DNA from: a virus
DNA: 64,000 nucleotides
IMG/VR virus record: IMGVR_UViG_3300042290_000544
Strand: one strand, 5' to 3'
Below are positions 57,208 to 64,000 of this stretch, one piece after another. A program made the position numbers and the translations under genes. Under the pieces are notes generated by a model. It saw nothing but the letters and a program-made list of their open reading frames with translations, did not search any database and had not been told where the DNA came from. Position 1 is the first letter of the stretch. The number at the start of each line of letters is the position of its first letter.

Positions 57208-59574
57208 TTATTTATTCTCCAGTTTGTTGAGGCGTTCCAATACTGCGGCAAGTTGTTCCTTTAATGATACAACTTCCTTTGCAAGTTCCACTGCGGATGC
57301 CATCGCAGCATTACCATACGCAACCGAAAGCGTTTTGAAATCATCTGTCGCTTCGATAACCGCTTCTGGAAGTAGAGGCTTTAATGATTGAGCGGAAACG
57401 CCAACTTGACGAAGTTTTTCGCCATCAATACGAGTGTATGTACCAACTTTTACTTTGGCTAACTGCTCAACATAATCTTTTGGTAAATCAGCCCAATCTT
57501 TCTTTAGACGTTCATCTGAATATGCTGTTACGTTGCTTGAAGCCTTGATCGAATAAGCCATACACGAACCGAAGCCGCCGTTAATCGCGACAATCAATCC
57601 GTGCGAATCCAAGTTGCCAGCAATACCGCCAGCATTTGGGTGCGACCACGCGATACCGTAAAGATTGTTTATGCCACCGCCAGCAGTGAGTTTATACGAA
57701 TCACCCATTGCGAATACGCCTTGGAAAATAGTTGAATTGTATAAACCAACAATTCCATAACCGTAATTATTGTCAATGTAAAAATTAGAACCAGCAGTCG
57801 CCCGAGTTGCTGTTGCAGCATTACCGGAAGTACCACCAGTAATACTAATACCCCAGGTGCCGGATGCACCACCTCCGGTTAGTGTAGGAGAATAGGAATT
57901 GTAGTTTAAACTATCGAGCAGGAGTCGCCACGGTCTAAACGTATTCGAGTTCCAACCTCTGACATACATGTTATTTGACCAATAACTTTGAGAAAACTGA
58001 AACCCGTACCTATCGCCGCTGTAATGTCCGTTGCACGTTAACCAATTCGTCCATGTTGCATCGGGTGCTCCAGTGGGGTTGTTATAGAGATAAAATCCGC
58101 TACGTTGGGTAGCGTCGTTCATGGATGATAATCCATCAAAAGTAGCGGCTCCATTAGTCCCGTACACTACATTATTTGTTCCGTACCCAAAAAGAGCATT
58201 TGAATTGCTTGCCGTTGTTGCAGTCGCGGCATTGCCCGAGCACGATCCCGAGCTACCAGTGACGGAGATGCCCCAACTTCCGCTCGCGTCTCCGCCAGTG
58301 CGGGTTGGCACGTCCAGCACTTGCCGAAAATTAGCTGGGGTGTAGTATCGGATGTAACCGTCTTGAGACGCATACACTCGGCTAATTGCGGTTGTTCCAT
58401 TATCTCCAGAATCGGTATTAATCCAGCCCGCTTGGATGTAACCGCTACCATCAGTCCTTACGACTTTGTTCGCTTCGTTATTTCTGCCAGCATGGACAGC
58501 TAGTCCATACGCAGTTCCCGCATTGCCGGTGACATTGATCCCCCAAGTTCCGCTCGCACCGGAGCCGGTCAAGGTCGGCGCGTAGGAATTGTAATTGTCG
58601 CTTGCGAGAAGCGTTTTCCACGCGGTCCACACATTTCCAGCGTCGTAATTCCCGAAACGGACCTGAAGGCCCGTTCCGCCGTAAGTGGGCGAGTAGGGTA
58701 CAAACATCTGAAGATCGCCGCCAGGACCAGCATATGTCTTAACATTTATCAGAGAGCCGTAACTCTGAAACCCGTTGCCTGCTTGAACGAAAGATGTCTG
58801 GATACCTAAGTTGTAACTATTAGGAGCGGTAGATGCAGACCATACATAATTCGCTAAAGCCGATAAAAGTGGTGTTGATCCTGAAGACCCACTTACAGAT
58901 CCGCTAATTGTATTATTAAATGTATTAGTAGCCGTCCAAGTATTTGTATTACCTAAAATCGTTGCGCCCGAAGTTCCTTGTGCGCCCTGAGCACCGGTTG
59001 ATCCTGTGTTTCCCGTTGAACCTACGGAACCTTGAGTGCCATTCGATCCAGTAATACCCTGACGACCCTGAATACCCTGGATACCCTGAGTACCCTGTGC
59101 ACCTACTGCACCTTGAGCTCCTAAGGTTCCTTGAGTTCCCTGGATGCCCTGAATACCCTGGATACCCTGAGTACCCTGTGCACCTACTGCACCTTGAGCA
59201 CCTAAGGTTCCTTGAATTCCCTGAATACCCTGAATACCCTGGATACCCTGAGTACCCTGTGCACCTACTGCACCTTGAGCCCCTAAGGTTCCTTGAATTC
59301 CCTGGATACCTTGTTGTCCCTGAGTACCTTGCGCACCTTGAAGCCCTTGGGTACCCTGAGTTCCTTGTGTTCCTTGCGTGCCCTGAATACCCTGTTGTCC
59401 CTGAGTGCCTTGTGCACCTTGAAGACCCTGTGTACCTTGTGTCCCTTGGATACCCTGCGGTCCTTGAACACCAGCATTAATCGAGACCCAGAAGGCACCA
59501 TTCCATTGCCAGCTCTTACCACCGTGGCTGTGGATGTCATTAAGTGTAGGTGAATTTGGAAATGAAAGGGCCAT
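57208..59574 (-). CDS. Tail fibre with collagen-like stalk and C-terminal S74 chaperone
   Basis: MALSFPNSP anchor, about 170 aa of G-X-Q repeats, YSDERLK autocleavage motif. Confidence 0.85.
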   Translation of the reverse strand: MALSFPNSPTLNDIHSHGGKSWQWNGAFWVSINAGVQGPQGIQGTQGTQGLQGAQGTQGQQGIQGTQGTQGTQGTQGLQGAQGTQGQQGIQGIQGTLGAQGAVGAQGTQGIQGIQGIQGIQGTLGAQGAVGAQGTQGIQGIQGIQGTQGTLGAQGAVGAQGTQGIQGIQGRQGITGSNGTQGSVGSTGNTGSTGAQGAQGTSGATILGNTNTWTATNTFNNTISGSVSGSSGSTPLLSALANYVWSASTAPNSYNLGIQTSFVQAGNGFQSYGSLINVKTYAGPGGDLQMFVPYSPTYGGTGLQVRFGNYDAGNVWTAWKTLLASDNYNSYAPTLTGSGASGTWGINVTGNAGTAYGLAVHAGRNNEANKVVRTDGSGYIQAGWINTDSGDNGTTAISRVYASQDGYIRYYTPANFRQVLDVPTRTGGDASGSWGISVTGSSGSCSGNAATATTASNSNALFGYGTNNVVYGTNGAATFDGLSSMNDATQRSGFYLYNNPTGAPDATWTNWLTCNGHYSGDRYGFQFSQSYWSNNMYVRGWNSNTFRPWRLLLDSLNYNSYSPTLTGGGASGTWGISITGGTSGNAATATRATAGSNFYIDNNYGYGIVGLYNSTIFQGVFAMGDSYKLTAGGGINNLYGIAWSHPNAGGIAGNLDSHGLIVAINGGFGSCMAYSIKASSNVTAYSDERLKKDWADLPKDYVEQLAKVKVGTYTRIDGEKLRQVGVSAQSLKPLLPEAVIEATDDFKTLSVAYGNAAMASAVELAKEVVSLKEQLAAVLERLNKLENK
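59050..59470. repeat. Collagen-like G-X-Q coding repeats with a higher-order ~81-nt unit
   Basis: CCCTGAGTACCCTGTGCACCTACTGCACCTTGAGC.CCTAAGGTTCCTTGA occurs three times (about 59085, 59166, 59247). Confidence 0.85.
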
Positions 59575-59602
59575 TGTTATATGTTCTATTTATTACTTGG
59601 AA

Positions 59603-62290
59603 TTAGACATCTCTGGTTTCCGCTGTTTCTTTAATAGGTTTCAATGGTTCAACAATTACTTTACCATTTTCGTCTGTCCATTCAGTGTCCATCATGTGCT
59701 TGTCCTTACGCTCGCCAATGACCATCCAAGAAATTTCGTCTGTGCAGGTAGAATCTTGAGCTTGAATTGTGAGAATATTGCCTGTAACTTTTCCACGAAT
59801 AGCAGTCCAACCGCTTTCGTTAGTAGTGAAGCATTGAACTTCACGGCAGAGAGCTTCAAAGGTGCCTTCCGTCATAGTGGCGGAGGTGTCAATATTCACG
59901 GATGCAGCACCGTTTACTAGTGTTGCTTTACCGCGATAAATAAGATCAGCTTGTGGACCTTCGATGAAAGAGTGAACGAGTTCATGTGTTTCTGATTTAG
60001 AAGGAAGTGGATGTTCAATACGGAATGAACCTGAACCCTTTGAAAGAGAACCGGGAATATTGACAGCGCCGTCACCCTTGACAAACAAGTAATCAAGCGT
60101 TCCAGCTTGGTTCAAGACGCGGAGCGCATAGTCGCTGGCGTTTGTGCCTGCCGCCACCCGCAGACCGAAGCTGGTGCCCGCGCCGGAAATGCTCGATGTA
60201 AGGTTTGCAATGAGCTGGCTGGCTTGGTTGCCTGTGGCGGAGAGTGCCGCCCCGCCGATGGCCGCGCCGCCCGTTACTGTGAAGGCCGATGTCACGGCAA
60301 GGCCAGCGGACGAAAGCTGCATCCTCTGTGCGCCATTTGTGTACCAAAACTGATCGGCGGTTTGGTCCGATGCCGAAACTTTAAGCACATCCCAAAACGC
60401 TGCGTCACTGCTGCCACGAGAAAACCTTAACCGATCAACGCCTGCATCATCCCGGATGCTCCAGTTACGAACGGTGCCGGTTGTGTGTTCGCGGAGAGTG
60501 ATGCCGAAACCGGTGGTTGAGCCTACGCCAAACGCTGCCGAACCGGAAACATCGAGTCGTGCAGCAGGACTCGTCGTTCCAATGCCGACGTTGCCTGTAG
60601 CGCCAATACGCACCCGTTCGGTATTGTCCGTTCGGAAAATAATGTTTGCCGCCTCGCGTTGTATAAACAGAGCGTCACTAGCGCCACCAGAGATGCCAAT
60701 TACTAATCCATCAAGAGTAGTTTGTCCTGTAGTGCTATTTGTGATATGCAGGAACGAACCGCCACCGCTTGCGCCGCCATAAATCTCTAATGTTCGTGAT
60801 GTGCCGCCGGCAATGTCGGCTATGGTGTTCGTTCCAATCCCAACATTTCCGTAAGCATTAATACGCACTCTTTCAGCCGTTGTGCCTTGAGAAGTTGTAT
60901 AAAAACGTAAACCTGCGTCTTGAGTAGATGCTGTAGCATTCCAAGCCGCTTCACCGTCTGCGGTAATACGAGCCATTTCCTTTAATGTGGATGTACTACT
61001 CAAAAGAGATGTAAATGTAAGACCGGCTCCATAACCACCGATATATCCTTCTAAATTAAATTGAGACGCGCCTACGGACTGTTCGCCGGAATATATGTGC
61101 AGACGTTTTGTAATTGTACTTGTACCGATACCGACGTTGCCGCCATCAAAAATCACATTTGCAGACCCACCTTCGCGGCGAATATAAAGATCGTCCGTGT
61201 TTCTTGGTCCAACAGCCCAAATGTTAGTGCTACCACGAACAAACATTACGCGACCATAGTCGGTGTTTTGAACGTAAATTTCACCATTATTGACATGGAG
61301 TTTTGTAGCAGGACTCGTCGTACCAATGCCGACGTTACCGCTGCTGTCGATGACCGCACGAATGGACGATCCTGTGCCAAAAATCAACTTGCCGCTACGA
61401 GACGTAATACCAAAATCAGCGGAAGAACCGCTCATGGTTTGGTTGCTTGAGCCAATGTCTCCTATAGCCGTTCCATTTGTCTGGTAGGTATGGTAAATAC
61501 CGTTGGCGTTTGTGGAATTAAAAATGGCGATTTGCCCAAGCGAACCGCCCGTTAAGCTAAACATTCCCGTGCTCGACAACGCCCCAGTCACGGCAAGACC
61601 GTTGTAGATGTTTACCCTTTTTGTGGTATCAAAAGCCATCACAATACCTGTACCAGTTTGATCGTAAAAATATAATCCCGCACCAGGAATGTTTCCAGAA
61701 GCTGAACCCGCAACTTTTACTGCATAAGTTCTTCCTCCTGTAGCCGTAGAAATCATCTGGAAACCTTGGTCTGGATCGGAGCCAGTAAATATAGCGCTAT
61801 TAGCTGAACCGCTAAACTGTGACTGAAGTGTCGCCGTTACTGACGTGAACGCATTTGTATTCGTCCAAGTATTCGCAGTTCCAAGAATGGATGCACCGCT
61901 AATACCCTGAATACCTTGAAGCCCCTGTGTTCCCTGAGTCCCTTGAATACCTTGTGCGCCTTGTGTTCCCTGTGTACCTTGAGCACCCTGAGCACCCATG
62001 ATACCTTGGAGACCCTGTGTTCCCTGAGTGCCTCGGATACCTTGGACACCTTGAATACCCTGGATACCTTGAATTCCTTGGATACCTTGGAGACCCTGCG
62101 AACCCTGAGTGCCTAGAAGCCCCTGGATACCTTGGACGCCTTGTGTTCCCTGAGTTCCTTGGATACCTTGTGTGCCCTGGACACCAGTGATGGTATTATT
62201 GGCCCAATAGGTACCGCTCCACGTCCATGTTCTTGAACCAGATGTGACTTGCTGTCCGGGAGAAGGTGATGTTGGAAAATCAATAGCCAT
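59603..62290 (-). CDS. Tail fibre with collagen-like stalk and GNVGIGT repeat modules
   Basis: MAIDFPTSP anchor, G-X-Q repeats, four GNVGIGT units, C-terminal SFRIEHP...H..IEGP domain. Confidence 0.85.
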   Translation of the reverse strand: MAIDFPTSPSPGQQVTSGSRTWTWSGTYWANNTITGVQGTQGIQGTQGTQGVQGIQGLLGTQGSQGLQGIQGIQGIQGIQGVQGIRGTQGTQGLQGIMGAQGAQGTQGTQGAQGIQGTQGTQGLQGIQGISGASILGTANTWTNTNAFTSVTATLQSQFSGSANSAIFTGSDPDQGFQMISTATGGRTYAVKVAGSASGNIPGAGLYFYDQTGTGIVMAFDTTKRVNIYNGLAVTGALSSTGMFSLTGGSLGQIAIFNSTNANGIYHTYQTNGTAIGDIGSSNQTMSGSSADFGITSRSGKLIFGTGSSIRAVIDSSGNVGIGTTSPATKLHVNNGEIYVQNTDYGRVMFVRGSTNIWAVGPRNTDDLYIRREGGSANVIFDGGNVGIGTSTITKRLHIYSGEQSVGASQFNLEGYIGGYGAGLTFTSLLSSTSTLKEMARITADGEAAWNATASTQDAGLRFYTTSQGTTAERVRINAYGNVGIGTNTIADIAGGTSRTLEIYGGASGGGSFLHITNSTTGQTTLDGLVIGISGGASDALFIQREAANIIFRTDNTERVRIGATGNVGIGTTSPAARLDVSGSAAFGVGSTTGFGITLREHTTGTVRNWSIRDDAGVDRLRFSRGSSDAAFWDVLKVSASDQTADQFWYTNGAQRMQLSSAGLAVTSAFTVTGGAAIGGAALSATGNQASQLIANLTSSISGAGTSFGLRVAAGTNASDYALRVLNQAGTLDYLFVKGDGAVNIPGSLSKGSGSFRIEHPLPSKSETHELVHSFIEGPQADLIYRGKATLVNGAASVNIDTSATMTEGTFEALCREVQCFTTNESGWTAIRGKVTGNILTIQAQDSTCTDEISWMVIGERKDKHMMDTEWTDENGKVIVEPLKPIKETAETRDV

Positions 62291-62320
62291 AAGAGTATTT
62301 ATTATTTAGATTCGAGAGCA

Positions 62321-64000
62321 TTACGCAACTGTAACGGCAACTGGTGAAAGCATAGAAAAGTTTACCCACAATTCGTGGGTAGGAACAGATCCAGGAACAG
62401 CCGTGTCGTTAAAAGTAGCAACTACTCTAAGTACACCATTTGAAGGTGCTGAATAAGTTAATGTAATTGTTGATCCATTTGTATTCGTTCTAATCACATT
62501 GATTTGACCGACTCCTGGAGAACTATTAAGTGCTCTAAAATGAATAAGTTCTTCAACAGCTCCTTGTGAACCGCCGTATTGATTGATATGAGATGCTGTG
62601 GTCGTGAGCACGCAGTTACGCCAGCCGTTAGCTCCTGTGAAAGTAAAATCTGTAGTTACGCTTAAATTTGCAGTAGCAGAACTTCCTGACGACTTGGAGA
62701 ATAATAAATTAATTGGTATATTAGTAGCATCAGCGTTGCTTGAGGAACCGCGAAAAGCCACATCTCCTATAACTGTTAATTTTTGGCTAGGACTCGTCGT
62801 ACCAATGCCAACTCTATCATTTAGAGCGTCAACAAAAAATGTTCCTGAATCTATATTAAAATTACCAGTATCTCCTAATCTAAGACGTTCGGTTACTGCT
62901 CCAGAAGTTCCTGTTTCTATTACAAAATCATCAGTTCTTAATACTAAATCAGCAAACGCGCTATCTGCACTATTTCTAGAACGTAATACATAATATGTAT
63001 TACCTTCGCCTAAAAAGTGAAATAGCGATGTACCTGAACCAGCGACCGATAATCTATTTGCAGGACTCGTCGTACCAATGCCGACGTTGCCGCTTGATCG
63101 GATCGTAAAGGCTTCAGTACCGTCAGCCCCCGCAGTTGAGCCGACATAAAACCGATGATTAGCCCCACTGAAATAGTCCATATCCGAGAGAGAAACTCCA
63201 AAACCGCCAAACCAATCTGGCGCGAACCCATTATCGTGAAGAATGATCTTTCGGCCATTATAGGTGTTGTCAAACCTCAGAACGTGCCCACTTGAAGTTG
63301 AAGAGGAACCATATGGACTCGGATGAGCCGAAAAATTACCGATGAAGATATTCCCATCTTCAACGTGCAGTTTAGCGGATGGACTCGTTGTACCAATGCC
63401 GACGTTGCCGCCTGCAGAAATTCTCATCCTCTCCAAAATAATATCAGCGGTTGATTGTGTCCAAAAAGCCATTCCAGACACATTGCCACCTTCATTTACA
63501 GCATTAATTCTGCCATTGTTTCGTAATCCACCTCCCGTAATATTGCCGTAAAATAACAATGATGGGCCAAATCCGGCATCTACACCACCAGTGCCATTAA
63601 CAGTAGTTGTATCAGCTTGAATCCGCAAAACATCAGCAGGCGCATTTCTTTGAGCAAACGTACCATAAATATCTGTTTTATACGATGGCCCCGTCGTCCC
63701 AATGCCGACGTTGCCGCTGCTCGTTGCAAAGTTGGCTCCTCCCGTGCTACTTAACGATGTAAACGCATTTGTATTTGTCCAAGTATTTGCAGTTCCAAGA
63801 ATTGATGCACCGCTAATACCTTGAATACCTTGAATACCTTGTGTGCCCTGAGAACCAACTGTTCCTTGAGACCCTACTGTACCCTGAGTTCCCTGCGCCC
63901 CTTGGATACCCTGTATTCCTTGAGCACCCTGAGTTCCTTGAACGCCTTGAATACCCTGGATACCTTGGATCGAACCTGGATTAACATCGACCCATTGCGA
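62321..64000 (-). CDS. Tail fibre (5'-partial, runs off the window end)
   Basis: Frame is open from 64000 ([16 protein letters not shown]...); collagen-like repeats followed by GNVGIGT modules. Confidence 0.8.
   Translation of the reverse strand, partial: SQWVDVNPGSIQGIQGIQGVQGTQGAQGIQGIQGAQGTQGTVGSQGTVGSQGTQGIQGIQGISGASILGTANTWTNTNAFTSLSSTGGANFATSSGNVGIGTTGPSYKTDIYGTFAQRNAPADVLRIQADTTTVNGTGGVDAGFGPSLLFYGNITGGGLRNNGRINAVNEGGNVSGMAFWTQSTADIILERMRISAGGNVGIGTTSPSAKLHVEDGNIFIGNFSAHPSPYGSSSTSSGHVLRFDNTYNGRKIILHDNGFAPDWFGGFGVSLSDMDYFSGANHRFYVGSTAGADGTEAFTIRSSGNVGIGTTSPANRLSVAGSGTSLFHFLGEGNTYYVLRSRNSADSAFADLVLRTDDFVIETGTSGAVTERLRLGDTGNFNIDSGTFFVDALNDRVGIGTTSPSQKLTVIGDVAFRGSSSNADATNIPINLLFSKSSGSSATANLSVTTDFTFTGANGWRNCVLTTTASHINQYGGSQGAVEELIHFRALNSSPGVGQINVIRTNTNGSTITLTYSAPSNGVLRVVATFNDTAVPGSVPTHELWVNFSMLSPVAVTVA

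Noticed and set aside
59050-62190. CRISPR-like repeat array
   Set aside because: The repeats are in-frame G-X-Q codons with no unique spacers, and no cas genes are present.
57208-64000. Diversity-generating retroelement acting on the fibres
   Set aside because: No reverse transcriptase in the window, and differences between repeats are not adenine-specific.
1-64000. tRNA/rRNA genes, inteins, integrase, stop-codon reassignment
   Set aside because: None recognised by eye, and core genes are full-length in the standard code. A tRNAscan/Infernal run would be needed to exclude small RNAs.

Overview
64-kb segment of a large T4-like (myovirus) bacteriophage genome, almost entirely on the minus strand. 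In transcription order (right to left) it contains: three collagen-like tail/fibre genes and accessory genes; the T4 morphogenesis block (gp13-gp23, gp3); uvsY/uvsW, gp55, gp47/46; a VWA-MoxR pair; the replisome (gp45/44/62, regA, hsp20, gp43, PrimPol-like gene, uvsX, gp41); a DNA-modification cassette; thyX and small early genes; and a late cluster of putative head-packaged proteins. Four signals stand out. (1) A putative cytosine hypermodification pathway couples a dCMP hydroxymethylase with an amino-acid:DNA-transferase-like protein, a PLP enzyme and an SGNH-like protein. (2) An inverted, late-promoter, His-rich operon encodes a ligase-like nucleotidyltransferase, a HAD phosphatase and an HxGH nucleotidyltransferase, two of them with capsid-targeting-like N-termini. 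(3) A 139-nt structured insertion flanked by duplicated CTC codons sits at the 3' end of gp21, and its precise removal would give an FLSKL C-terminus. (4) A class of early promoters has an IHF-like box at fixed spacing and apparently leaderless starts. All family assignments come from motif recognition by eye; no database search was run.
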